A stretch of DNA of 64,000 nt, from the NCBI GenBank assembly GCA_032718475.1, contig JAUCBJ010001639.1, positions 28,672-92,671 of the forward strand, written 5' to 3'. The notes under the pieces are model-generated. The model saw only the letters and a program-made list of their open reading frames with translations, was not told the origin of the DNA and did not search any database. The translations under genes and the position numbers were made by a program. Shown here piece by piece: positions 40,074-53,436 of the stretch (positions are counted from its first letter, which is position 1; each line of letters starts with the position of its first letter). Source of the stretch: Nemertoderma westbladi. Taxonomy: Eukaryota; Animalia; Xenacoelomorpha.

Positions 40074-41420
40074 AAATTGATTCGAATAGTGCGCCTAAAC
40101 CATCATTACTTCATAAAATTAATTGGAATAGTGCACGTAAACCCCCACTTCATAAAATTAATTGGAATACTGCGCGTAAACCCTCACTTCATAAAATTAA
40201 TTGGAATTGTGGGCGTAAACCTTCACTTCATAAAATTGACACAAATAGTGCGCCTAAACCATCATTACTTCATAAAATTAATTGGAATAGTGCACGTAAA
40301 CCCTCACTTCATAAAATTAATTGGAATAGTGCGCGTAAACCCTCACTTCATAAAATTGATTCGAATAGTGCGCCTAAACCATCATTACTTCATAAAATTT
40401 ATTGGAATAGTGCACGTAAACCCCCACTTCATAAAATTAATTGGAATACTGCGCGTAAACCCTCACTTCATAAAATTAATTGGAATTGTGCGCGTAAACC
40501 CTCACTTCATAAAATTGATTTGAATAGTGAACCTAAACCATCATGACTTCATAAAATTAATTGGAATAGTGCGCGTAAACCCTCACTTCATAAAATTAAT
40601 TGGAATAGTGCGCCTAAACCATCATTACTTCATTAAATTAATGGGAAAAGTGCACGTAAACCCACTTCATAAAATTAATTGGAATAATGCGCATAAACCC
40701 TCACTTCATAAAATTAATTGGAATAGTACGCATAAACCCTCACTTCATAAAATTGATTCGAATAGTGCAAATAAACCATCATTACTTCATTAAATTAATG
40801 GGAAAAGTGTGCGTAAACCACTTCATAAAATTAATTGGAATAGTGTGCGCAAACCCTCTCTTCATAAAATTAATTGGAATAGTACGCGTAAACCCTCACT
40901 TCATAAAATTAATTGGAATAGTGCGCGTAAATCCTTACTTCATAAAATTAATTGGAATAGTGCGCGTAAACCCTCACTTCATAAAATTAATTTGAATAAT
41001 GCGCCTAAACCATCATTACTTCATAAAAGTAATTGGAATAATGCGCGTAAACCCTTACTTCATAAAATTAATTGGAATAGTGCTCGTAAACCCCCACTTC
41101 ATAAAATTAATTGGAATAGTGCGCGTAAACCCTCACTTCATAAAGTTAATTGAATAGTGCGCGTGAACCCTCACTTCATAAAATTAATTGGAATAGTGTG
41201 CCTAAACCATCATTACTTCATAAAATTAATTGGAATTGTGCGCATAAACCCTCACTTCATAAAATTAATTGGAATAGTGCGCGTAAACCCCCACTTCATA
41301 AAATTAATTGGAATAGTGCACATAAACCCTCACTTCAAAAAATCAATTGGAATAGTGCACGTAAACCCCCACTTCATAAAATTAATTGGAATAGTGCGCG
41401 TAAACCCTCACTTCATAAAA

Positions 41421-41627
41421 TTAATTTGAATAGTGCGGGTAAACCCTCACTTCACAGATGTTCATTTCTTGACGATTGTCGCTGAAGATAACAACATATC
41501 TTCCTCTCTTTCCGTTGCAGTTAATTTGAGTTAGCCAATTTCCATTTGGAACAGTTCCGCACAAAGGTTCACCATTCCATCTTAGGCCATTCAGCAAAGC
41601 TGATGAAACGCTGTTTACAACATGAAC
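41421..41627 (-). CDS. F-type lectin (fucolectin) terminal coding exon
   Basis: Acceptor tttatttaAG|GTT; VHVVNSVSSALLNGLRWNGEPLCGTVPNGNWLTQINCNGKRGRYVVIFSDNRQEMNICEVRVYPHYSN*, containing the F-type C..GRYV.I...ICEV.VY motif; phase 0 matches the upstream exon. Confidence 0.88.
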   Translation of the reverse strand, partial: VHVVNSVSSALLNGLRWNGEPLCGTVPNGNWLTQINCNGKRGRYVVIFSDNRQEMNICEVRVYPHYSN

Positions 41628-42039
41628 CTTAAATAAATAATTTTAAAATAATTACTACCTTTATTCAGTACGACTCATAGATAAATATAATTATTATAAA
41701 CTACTGTAAATCGCATTTTATCAACCAGGTAAATGAGATTTGGTTGGTCAAGAGTTAATTGTTTTGAGTTTAATAGTGATTTTTCTGATGCGGGTATGTG
41801 AACCTGTGTGGGTGGGAAGTTGGGTGGATGAGGATACAGAAAGTTGGGAATGTGGGAAGGTGGGTGGGAATGTGTAACGACTGTACATTTGAATATTTAA
41901 AGAACATTGAAAACGTAGTTAAAATAAAATGCATTATTGGACAGACTCAATACTAGTCTTGGGTTGGATCCATAATGAGAAGATGCACTATCCCATATTC
42001 GTAGTAGTAGAGTAGATGAGATAAGAGTGACCTCCTAAT

Positions 42040-42960
42040 CGACCTTTACCTTCACAGAACATATCCAATCAAAAATAAGTAGAGTTGCAATGTCAATCGC
42101 GGCTTTAAAGAAATCAAAGTATATCATTCCAAAAAAATCTATAATTCAAATATACAAATGTTTCATCAGACCTTCACTGGAATACGGTTGTCCTGTTTGG
42201 TCTGGTATTTCTGACGAAAATTCAGAATTGCAGGACCAGGTGGATCTGGATATTCTGAGAACTGCAACTGGGGCACCACATGGTACTTCTCACTACAAAT
42301 TGTATGAGGAGTGTGGTATACAAAAGTTATCAGACTGAAGGAATGCTAATTGTTTATTTTATTTCTACAAAATTGTTAATGGCATTGCACCTAGCTACCT
42401 GTCACAGCTACTGCCACCAACAGTTGGTGAGGCCAGTCATCATAGATATCCATTGCGAAACGCCCTTGACATATCTCTAATACAAACACGCAAAGAATTA
42501 TATAACAAATTCTTCTTTCCCGCAACAATAAGAAGGTGGAACATTTTTTCTACAGTATTTCACAACGCCACCTCCCGATGGCGCATAAATTCATATTCGC
42601 ACAGTCTTGGATCTCGAATAACACAGATACGTCTGTGCCAAATGCGACTTGGATGTAGTATTTTGTGTGTAGATATGGTGAGTCGGCACCTCAGTGTATC
42701 TGCAGCCTGTAGAGGGTGCAGTGAAATAGAAGATGCCCAGCATTTCTTTCTGCACTGCAATTCATTCTCCACTCAACGACAAAAGCTTGTTGATGAGTTA
42801 CAGACAGCTGGAATACCAATTAACATCCCAGCTTTTCTACAAGGTCGCGGAGAGCCTATTACCAGGCAACCTAAGCTTGTAGTGGTACTTGGAAAATTTA
42901 TTTCAACCACCAGTAGATTCGGCATAAAATAAAAAGTAGTACTTTCAAACACTTATTCTT
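42040..42960 (+). mobile_element. LINE ORF2 3' fragment (CR1/L2-group-like)
   Basis: IYKCFIRPSLEYGCPVW and C-terminal C..C..EDAQHFFLHC zinc motif; stops and frameshifts. Confidence 0.8.
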
Positions 42961-43340
42961 TTTTCTGAAACCCAGTAAATTTGTGATATACCTGTATTAA
43001 AAAATTGTATCCTACAATTATTAAAATTCTGAATTGGCCCGAAACGGTGGGGAGTGGAGGACAAGAACATTGCTTGACCGATGTAATGAGATGGATTTGT
43101 AATTTCGAAATTTGTTTTTCATAAATCATATCTCTAGCTTAGTGGGGATATACTAGTAACATAATCTTTATCTTTTTCTTATTTACAATTTGTTTACAAA
43201 GTATAATGCTAATGTGCAGTTTCGTAACTCAACAATTATTTTATATGTAACCCAGCAACTGGATATAGGCATACATACATTCAACATTAATACCTTTTAA
43301 ATACATATATTTATCATACATGCCTGCTAAGTTGCCTTAA

Positions 43341-44873
43341 CCCTATTAGTACCGGGCTATAAAATGTTGTACAAAAAAATCCCCCTCTAAAATCTACAAA
43401 TATTTACGAAAACGTCTGATTTTTTGTTTGTACGTAGGTATGACTTGTCTGGATCCGACCGAAAAAAAAATTTCGAAAAAATGTACTGGGGTGGTTATAT
43501 TGCAGCACCAAAATTACAAGTAGTGCACAATTTTCACAAAATTTGAAAGTTACATTTTCGGCTAATTATTTTTCAATACAGGTTTTCTGGGGCGCAAAAT
43601 ACATTGGAAAATATTTAAAAATGATATGATTACTATAACTGGCTGTTTAGTCCTCTCTGCGTAGGAAAAAAATGAAAAAAACAAGTAACCAGCACTTTTC
43701 AGTTAGAACACAGAATTTTTAATTCACTTATACGATGCTATAAATTCACATTTTCAGGTTTTCGAGGGCCCTGATTCTAATGGAATACATTTCTAATATG
43801 CCAGATCATTGCTACTTGTATTTTTCGGCGTAATTTGGCAAATTTTGGTGCTAGCACCAAATTTCGTACCCATCACCAAAAGTACAAGTTTGCGATGTCC
43901 AGTGCTGTTTTTATTGATTCCATCGGATTTAGGACCGTCATAAACCCGTTTAACGCAAGAAACAAGGTGATACTATCTACTGATCAATTTGCATATTTTC
44001 CAAAATTTGGTGCTGGCACAACAATTTTCACCCACCGGCAAAAAAAATACAAGTTTGAGAACTCTTATGAAATTTTTGCTGATTCCATTGAATTCAGAAC
44101 CACCACAAACCCGTATAACGCAAGAAACAAGGTGACACAATCAATTGATTTATTTGATGGTTTTCAAAATTTGGTGCTAGCACCACATTTTGCACCCACA
44201 TCCGAAAAATACAGGTTTGAGATGTCTAGTTCGATAATTATATATTCATTTGAATTCAGAACAGCCATAAACCTCTAAAACGCGAGAAATAAATTGTCAC
44301 AAGCAATTTTATCTATTGAACGGATTTTCAAAATTTCGTGCTAGCACCAAAATTTGCACTCAGCACCGAAAAATACAAGTTTGATACGCTTGGTGCAACT
44401 CGTATATATTTTATCGAATCCAGAACCCCAAAAAACCCCAATTGCGTAAAAAACAAGTTTCAAACAATCAATTTACAAAATTGACATATTTCAAAATTTG
44501 GTGCTGGCACCAAACTTTGGCACCCACCAAAAAAACAAGTTCGAAATTTCTAAATCAATTTATATGAATTCCATCCAATTTCTAACACCAAAAAACCGGT
44601 GTAAATCAAAAAAAGAGATGTTACAATTCATATTTAATGAAATGTAATTTTCAAAAAACGTCTCAAAAAAAGTGCCAAAAGTAGGGTTAAAAAATGGTGC
44701 TATAACTCGAAAAGTACCCAATATTTTTGAAAACGGTTTTCACTACTAGGAAGACAATAGATTTTTAGGAAAAGTCATAAAATTTCAGATTCCCAACTGC
44801 GTTTGTTTCAGAATTATAATAAAAAAACCAAGGATGGGGTCATATTGACCCCCCCCCCCCGGGTTTAATAGGG
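43341..44873. mobile_element. piggyBac-type MITE with internal ~160-bp tandem repeats
   Basis: TTAA|CCCTATTAGTACCGGG ... CCCGGGTTTAATAGGG|TTAA; about 5 internal units with palindrome tttggtgctagcaccaaa (43830-44660). Confidence 0.85.
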
Positions 44874-45479
44874 TTAATATACGCACTACCTGTTTAAAAA
44901 AAAGAGATAAGAGCGAGGATGAATTTGGAGAACTGGCATTACTGTCCGACTGATGACAATCCAGTAGACCTACAGTACTACAGTATCTCGAGGTGTTGAA
45001 CACCACACCTTCTTCGTAAAGAAACAGGAACTATGGAATTATGGCAACACGGAGCACATTTCCTCAAGTTGAAATGGCGAGTAATGTAAGTGATAATACC
45101 AAATCTAATAAAGGACAGTATTAGATAAGTAACAACCGAGGATTTAATATTTGCTACCAAGTGAGATTGGCACGATGTGAGAGGGCAATATAGAGTGTTA
45201 AATACAACCTAAACAATGCATATTGAAATTGGGTGAAGTATGAAGCTGATAATACCAAGCCTGGAGAAACCACAAGTGGAACCAATGCAGGAGGATGAAT
45301 TTGGAGAAGTGCCTCTGATTGAGACAATAGGGCGATCGGATACCAATTGCCGGGATGGATGAGCCATAACAGCTAGTGGCGCTCGTTCATTCTGGGGCAT
45401 CCCAGGCAAGCAAGCAAACTTGGGCACAAAAACTACAACCTGATTTCCTGACAGGATCGGTGAGATTGGGAACTCAGCA

Positions 45480-46870
45480 AGGAGAGGCAGTAGAGCAGGT
45501 GTTTGGTAAGTTTTAATGTCTATTGATGGCATAAATAGGACAGGTGCAGAAGTCTACTATGATATAGTACAATTTTGGTTAATGCACTTGTAGTTGACAG
45601 ACTTCCAGATCGTCTGGTTCCACACCCCTGGTAGTGACGAACTCATTGAAACCTACAAGCTACAAGCTAGATTCTATAACCAGTGCTTCAAGTGCACTAT
45701 GTAGTTTTATCTGGACTTCAGACATTGGGCCAGAAGGGAAACCCAACCCTGAAATCAATTTAGAGATTGCTTTTGATCGAATTTGAAGATTGGATGCAAT
45801 TGGTATAAATTATGAAGCGCCAGTTCTATTGCATATGAAGCAACTATTCCTAACTTTTAGCAATCTATACGATTCGGAAATGATCTTTATGTAGTGAAGT
45901 TCCCATAGCGACCTGATGCCGCAGTTCTGCCATACATATACAGTTAGCTCGCATGTGCTTATATGGTACATTGTACAAATTCGGGAAAATACCTGAACTC
46001 ATACATTGATATCATAATATGAATACGAATCAACTAGAGTGTGTAAAGTCTGTGTATCAACTAGAGTTAAGTGGATTTATTTAGAAGATATCAGTGGATT
46101 CTATATAACATGCTCATCACGGGATGATGAAGCCAACATCTTCAACGACCATATTATGAGTCGATTTTGATTGTTCTGCACGTTCAGGTTCACATCAACC
46201 AAGTCTTAACCCTTTCAGTACCAAGATTTTTCAAAAACCATAATTGATGCGCCAATAGAAATTTGGTTGTTATTTGGAAAAACTGCAAGTCCTATGAAAA
46301 AATGATGAAAGTCAAAGTTGTGGAGAATCATATACTTAGTCAATGGAGACAATTTATTTCTAACTAATATTATTTATAATTAAATAGGTAATAAATTTTT
46401 CTATTTAAGAAAACTGTAAGTCCTATCTAAAAACGATGAAAGTGAAAAGTTGTAGAGTATCATATAATATACTTAGTTCAATGGGGAAATACAAGTATCA
46501 ATTTCATTTATAACTAGTATACAGTGTTTCATATTCGTTCGAAGTACCTCAACAACGAACTTTAGGACTCTGTTCCAATTTACATGTGTTTTGTGATGCT
46601 TCCATTAAAGCTTATGGTACGGTCGTTTATACAGCTCAATCTGAACAATCCGAGTTAGTGATGGCTAAGGGACAAGTCGAACCTTTACTACCTATAATAT
46701 CAGAATTTCATCAAAAGAAGAAAAACACAAAATTATCATTTCCTCAACTGGAGTTGACTGCATTAACAGCATGTCGACTGTGGGTGTGGTCTGACAGCCA
46801 AATCGCATTATATTGGGTCAAATCTAAAGGCATTATTAATCATTACAGCCATGTCAATACGGCTTAGCCG
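45480..46870 (+). pseudogene. Highly degraded BEL/Pao pol fragments
   Basis: HHGMMKPTSSTT..VDFDCSARSG..SLN (RT start, ~46110-46210) and LHVFCDASIKAYG..PQLELTA..WSDSQIALYW (RNase H); a truncated TTAA|CCCT element intervenes at ~46210. Confidence 0.7.
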
Positions 46871-49009
46871 CAGAGTAATAATAAAATAATATCAAGTAAA
46901 CAGCAATGTCTGAATGTAATCCATATACTGACTCATGACTGATAAAGCATGAATCAGAATCTAGCTAGCCATCACACTCCCCATCACCTGTACCAGTAGT
47001 ACTGCTGTACTCTCTAACGCTATCTGAAATTGAGGAACCATTTTTCAGATCATTTAAAATTTTACTAATCCTTTCTTTATCTTCTGTATAACCTGCTACA
47101 CCCATTTCTAAATTGGCATTAGCAAGCCATGTAACAAAAGAACCGTCTTTTACATTATCATAACGACTGATATTTATTGGATGGTGTTTCTATGTTTTTT
47201 TTGTTTAGGTTCATTTCTGGGAGGCAAATTACCCTGCTCGGAATCTGTAGCAAGCATTGCAGAGGTGTTTTGCTGTCTCCAGGAGAAGGTAGGTGGCTGC
47301 GGCATGGCTGGCGCCATGGGTGCTTGACAGTTACTGTAACCCCTGGAATGATATTGTGGTTGACTAGGTATGAAATATTGTTTACCATGATTATATGTTG
47401 GATTTTCAAATCTAGGTACAGGTAAATGTTGATTTGGATAGTGGTGATTTTCCGACTGAAATGTACATACCAGTGAAACGAATGTAGTATGGATTGAGTG
47501 GAGTAGAATGCGGATGCGGATTGGAACATTGACGCTCAGGTTTATTATTGTCACATGGTTCATCATCAAAATTGATAAGTCTATCAATTGTTTCATAATT
47601 ATGTTCGCCTTGATCTAATGGGAAATTGCTTTTGTTCTTTTCAATCTCATTTTTATATTTCCTTTTATAATCTAACAACTCAGATTGTAATTTTATGTAG
47701 TCATCTTGAGATGACGACTACTTTATTTTCAATACTTGTAATGCATCTTCTATGTTTTCGAGTTTATTATTGTGTGTTTCCTGCTGCTCTACAGATTCTT
47801 GAATCTTTTTCATTTCTACAGAAGCATTATCTAACTCATCAGTCATCATACAGCGATGAAATTTCTCTTCCGAATTCTATGTATCTGTCTTTCATTGGAA
47901 TGCAATTAGTGCAGACCAATTCATTATCATTTGGCTTATCGGGTTTGTCAGCCAGAGATTATTTTAAAGATTTTATAGTTTGTTGGCAATGTCCAAAATC
48001 GTCTTGCAGATTTATATACTTGTCATGTATCTTATCTATTTCAATGTTCTTTTGCTGTAAACACTGTTTTAACAAATCAATCTGATTTTCTTGTCCTATT
48101 TAATCTTGATTTAATTTATTTACTTTGTTACATATAGTAGTACTAATTGATTTACACATTGCATCATATTCATCAGGGTCTACAATACCAGTTAAATCAA
48201 GTGTTGAAAAATCAAATACAGAGCACCTGTCACTCACAGAAGTGACTATACTAATCAAAAACCTCTTTATGTAAGTCTAGAATTCTGTTCTCTCTTTCTA
48301 TTTCCGCTTTGGTTTTCGTCATTGTCATATATTGGAAACAGTATAACTTCTAGCCTATAGTAAGGCAGTAGGAGCAGAGCACCACAGACAGATAGGCTGT
48401 TTGGTGTATGTACAGTGTATAGAGGGACATCAATCTGTTGTTTAAATCCATTGGGATAATCTATGTCTGATGTTGAATGCAATCCTCTCTTTTCCTGTAA
48501 ATTTCAGGATTTCTGTTAACTTGCTTTCAGTTAGCTTTAGTATTAGGCCTAACTGAAACACTGTATGTGTAGGCTTATACTATACAGCCTCCTGACAGCG
48601 GTAGGCCTACAAAGTAACGATGTAGGTATACCTCTTCTTTCAGTGTCTGCTTTTTATCTCATTCGGCCTCACGTTACTTAGAGGATTTATCAATAATTAA
48701 CTGCATTCTCACAGTTCTGCAGTTTATCCACGAAACATGGAATATCTCTCCAATCTGTAGTCAGACTTTAGTAGGTATAGTCACCATTGTCATATTAATA
48801 TCACAATCCCTCTAAAGTCGTGGTTATCGAACATCATATAATTAATCATTACGTCCGTCGTCGAGTTGAAGATATACATAACATTCTGCCAGATGCAGAC
48901 TTTCAATACATTTCAACCAATGACAATCCCTCAGATATGTTATCAAGTGGATTAAAGGCGAGGATATTTTTGAAATCCTATCTATGGTGACATGGTCCCA
49001 ATTGGCTAA

Positions 49010-51890
49010 CGTTATTATTATTATATAATTTCATACATGCCCCAAAGGGTGGTATGGTACATAGTACATACGTAACAAAGAAAAAAAATAGTACAACCGG
49101 ACCACTAAAGTTTAATACAAGATATAGCTATAATAAAGAATGTAGGTTATGAAGTAACAATATAGTCCAAAATATCCTTTAGTTCATGGTCATTAAAAGC
49201 TTTTACCTCCATAGTATTGAGGCGCACATTAATTAATTCCTTGCAGAAATGTACTGTCCATTCATTGGTCTTCATAAGTGGAACATAATTTAAACTTTTT
49301 ACATATTTAGATGTAAGGTCAGTGATATTATATTTATTACACAAATTTCCTATTATCCGAAAATTGGCACCACTACGCGACCTACAATCGTATAGGCACA
49401 AATTACCAAGAAATCTAATCACACGTTTAGATGAGGATTGTAAACTTTGTGCAAAATTAACAAACCTAGATTGCATCATAATACATAGATGTTGAAAAGG
49501 TAAAAGTTGTTCAATAATATATCTATGCGAGTTGAAAGGCAATTTGAAAATAATGCGAACATTAATATTCCAAGCACTAAGTATTCTTGAACAATCATCT
49601 GAAAATAGATCCCAAAGATTACTGCCATAAAGGCTAGTTGCAAAAATATGTTGTAAATTGCACAAAGTGAAAGTATTCGTAAAATAAAATTCCTGATGCA
49701 ACAAATTAAGTTTACCAATAAATTGACCACATTTCCTTAAGATATCAGAGAGATGATGAGTCACGGTAATCCAGAACATGACCTAAATGTACAGCCTCAC
49801 TTAGCATGGGAGATTGATACCACATATAATTATTTTACCATGGGGCTCCCTCCAAATTGTACTAAACACTATGCACTTGGATTTCGATTTGATGGGATCT
49901 GTATCGGCACTAAATATAAATTTAAATTCTTTAGTGAACTCCTTACATATTGATACCATGCGTTGTAGACCACCAAACGAAATACACAGAAGGAGAACAT
50001 CATCAGCATAAGCGAGACCGAGAACTCCAAGGTAAAATCGACCCAAGTTACAACCAATTCCCGAGTTCCCCAACCTAACAAGCAAAATATCTAACATTAT
50101 GCAGAATAATAGGGGCGAGGCGACAGACCATTCTTCTTACACCATCTTACACCATTGGAAATACTAAATGGAGTCGAGTAGGATCCATTCCAGCGTACAC
50201 AACACAACAAGTCTGATTGGAGTGAATCCATAGCAGAACCCGAAGAAACAATGGGGAGAACCCTTTCTTTATCAACTCCAGGAAGAGTTTACACCATTCC
50301 ACCATGTCGAATGCTTTCCTAAGATCCAGTAAACATCCGTAAACAGGGGTTGATAAACGAGAATAGTAACCTACGACTTATGAAGCAGCCCACGTACATT
50401 GCTAGCTCCAGATTTGAATCCAAACTGCAGTTCGTAGAGGTACAAGTGCTCAGACTGGGTCAGGAGCATAACCCACTCAAAGAGCTTAACCAGTAACGAT
50501 GACTACGCAATAGCACGATAATTACTTGACAGGGTGATATCACCTAGTTTATGTCTTTAATCAGGGGAATAATTACGTCTTTAATCGGGGGAATAATTAC
50601 ACATGTCAGTAAGAATTGTGGAACGAATCCATGCACGAGAAACATATTAAATAACAGAGTAATATGTCTTGGAGTTCCCTACCTGCAAATTATACCTACC
50701 TGCAATTTATACAAAAATATTAAAAAAAAGTTAAGAAATAATACAACAAACTTATATACAATCATAATATTTAGCAACCAGTATCAATATTTCCACTTCC
50801 TATCACAAACCCCCTGCATCAAAATATCAGGATTCAGTGCATCTTTACGGTGATGGGCTGGTAGACTTATCCTAAAACTACGCTCTTAGATCATCCACTA
50901 GATCTGCTGGCGTAATCAGTTTTTTTAACTCTGAAGACGAAAATAGCAGCTGGGGCTGCCCTGGCTTTCCGGACGTGCGAACCCGAAGGTTTCGCTGTAC
51001 TTGTACCAATAACATCGCGTTGCTGTCTATGTTTGTGGTTTCGGGGAATCTCGAAGCCATCTCCTTGTATATTACGGGCATCATTTTGAACGACTTCCAG
51101 CGAGGAAGAACAACAAGTCCGTTTAACACTCCCGCTGCTATTCTGAAAGTAGTTCTGTGAATCTAGATTCTTTACCAAAGGAGAGCCTGGAAGGCTCCCT
51201 TTACCAGCTGCATTATACCTCATTCTAAACACCAGAGATTCACATGGGTTTCCAAGTCCTCCTCCAACAACGCTACCCCGGTTTAGGGCGTGACTATCTG
51301 GTCAGGGTTCTTGCCTCGCTACTGGAGCCACTGTTGCTACATCTAAGTAAGTACGTTGAGGAGGTGGTGGAGCATGGATATCCCGACGGGTTGAGGGAAC
51401 GGAGGACCGTGGCACTTTGAGTGACGCCTCGACTAACCATAATCAATCTGACAGTTCCTTTCAACACTGATCGACTTTATTTTCAATAGTGAAAAGAGAA
51501 ACGCGTACATCAGAATTTGCAGTCGCTGATGAAATCTTATCTTTAATCAGGTATACTTCAAACAGTGACAGTGCCTCCAATGCCTCGACTGTGACAACTG
51601 GCAAGCTCTTAGAGGAATCCATTGCATAAAGCTTCTTGAGTAAATCCACCACATTTGCTCCAGCAGCAGAACGTTCCGAAGTATCACGTTGGTTGATCGT
51701 TTTATCAAGCTTATACCTTTCAAATAAGGTTTCTTTAGCAACCGATATATCAGCAGCTGTAAATCATGATAAACATGCCTCTATAACATCTGGCCCTGGT
51801 TTAACAGCAGTTACTATATCAGCAGACCAGTATCCACTAAGATACAGACCCGTATCCCAAATAAACAGAACAGCAGAAGGATAGGTTCGG
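49010..51890 (-). mobile_element. Degraded LINE (Proto2-like): ORF1 remnant + RT/C-terminus
   Basis: LDLRKAFD, AYADDVLLL, SLYGSNLWDL, terminal ELINVR..F..ELKDIL; ORF1-like remnant at ~50820-51800; (AAT)n tail near 49010-49025; endonuclease missing. Confidence 0.7.
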
Positions 51891-52740
51891 AGATAAGTAT
51901 GATGCTACCATGCGGCTAGCCTACAGCTGTACAGATATGAATGACAATTATGACTTATTAACTCTGATTGGCCTATGGCCTAAACAATCTAATGTCAATT
52001 ACAGTTCATTACAATTATATTGATCACCCATGAACTAAATACATTGTGTTCAACAGTAGTTCTAAGTTTGGGTCCCGAGGTGGCCACCACTCTTGTTATT
52101 TCGCTGAATAGTGAATTGCGAATTGCTTCTTAAACCTGATGTAGGATTGGTTCATTAACACACGACACCAATTGATGTATCAATTGTTTACTTTTAATTT
52201 TATGGGGTGGTGGTATATCGTGTATTGGGTGTAATACTTGTTTCAGTATTTTATTAATTTATGTTCGTGGCCAATCATTACTGTACTTAGTAATATATTT
52301 CTGATTTTATTTATACCTAGTGTTTGTCCCTGCGGTGTGTTGCTATGAGTTATGGTGCGTTTAAGTGTGTTACGACCTACATATATTATTGTTGTTAGTG
52401 GATGTGCACTGTTATAATTGAGTATGATCCCCATATTCATTGGCTTAATATATAACTAGTAGTCTATCCCATCAGAGATGTCAATATAAGTCAGGATATC
52501 AAGGAATGGAAGTCGGTTGTATGATTTTTCTAAGGTATATTTATTGTAGTATGTTGGTTATTATAAGAAATTCTAGAATACATTATAATTGCTCATCCCT
52601 GTGGGCTCAAACCAACCATTCATCGTCATGGAATCGATAACAGCAATCAGATTTGAGACGATAATTACCACCCCATTCATTTAACATATGTTGGCATACA
52701 GGATAGCGAAAGGATCCGCTTTCCTGTCTCCCATGTCTAA

Positions 52741-53211
52741 AGGCCCGTTTCCGCGCTGGTTTTATGAGCTTTATTTCAAGCATTATTTAATTAAAACAAT
52801 TGCTAGAAATTCATTGCGTCAAGATGAATCTGATAATTTTGGAATGTTAAAACCTAAAATATAGAATAAAGCTCAAAAAAAGCTTGAAAAAAGCTAAAAA
52901 AAAGCTTGCAAAAAAGCTAAAAAAAGCTTGCAAAAAAGCTAAAAAAAAGCTTGAAAAAAAGCTCAAAAAAAGCTTGAAAAACAGCTCACAAAAGCTGGGT
53001 CGAATATCATAATTATCTAATTCTTTAATATTCATATTGTATCTTCATTTTAACTGAACGTTAGAACAGGCATAACAAGCTTGAAAAAAGCTCAACAAAA
53101 GCTTCAAAAAATCTCAATAAAAAGCTTGAAAAAAAGCTAAAAAAAAGCTAGAAAAACAGCTAAAAAAAGCTCAGAATACCACACATAAAAAAGCAGTGCG
53201 GAAACGGGCTT
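52741..53211. mobile_element. PIF/Harbinger-like MITE
   Basis: TIR aggcccgtttccgc / gcggaaacgggctt; TAA TSD on both sides; internal (aaaaaagct)n repeats. Confidence 0.85.
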
Positions 53212-53436
53212 TAAACCTAACTTTTGTTCATAAAATTTATAACCAAATTGGAAAAAGTTTGATTTCAAAAGCCCATAGAAATCAGGTACTTTCAAGTCCG
53301 AACATGTTTACGTCCTGTCTGTGTTTAATTAAAAACAATACCCTCAATTACTGGGATATTTGTATAGTTGGATATAATGTCAGTACTAAAAATAGTGTCC
53401 CCTGGTTGTTTATGCGGGTTAAGTGTGTTTAATTTA

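Larger units (their letters stand above)
32170..41454. repeat. 39-bp tandem satellite (36/39/42-bp variants, roughly 200+ units) with higher-order duplications
   Basis: Unit cttcataaaattaattggaatagtgcgcgtaaaccctca; the ORF track shows near-identical blocks offset by 279, 514, 745 and 2546 bp. Confidence 0.97.

Noticed and set aside
32170-41454. CRISPR-like array
   Set aside because: No unique spacers, no cas genes, eukaryotic context.
32188-41485. Long plus-strand ORFs (LHKINWNSARKPS)n and (HFIKLIGIVRVNP)n
   Set aside because: Artefacts of a stop-free 39-bp unit; they shift frame freely and lack gene structure.
46990-48500. Minus-strand coiled-coil/Gag- or ORF1-like remnant
   Set aside because: Too fragmented to assign.
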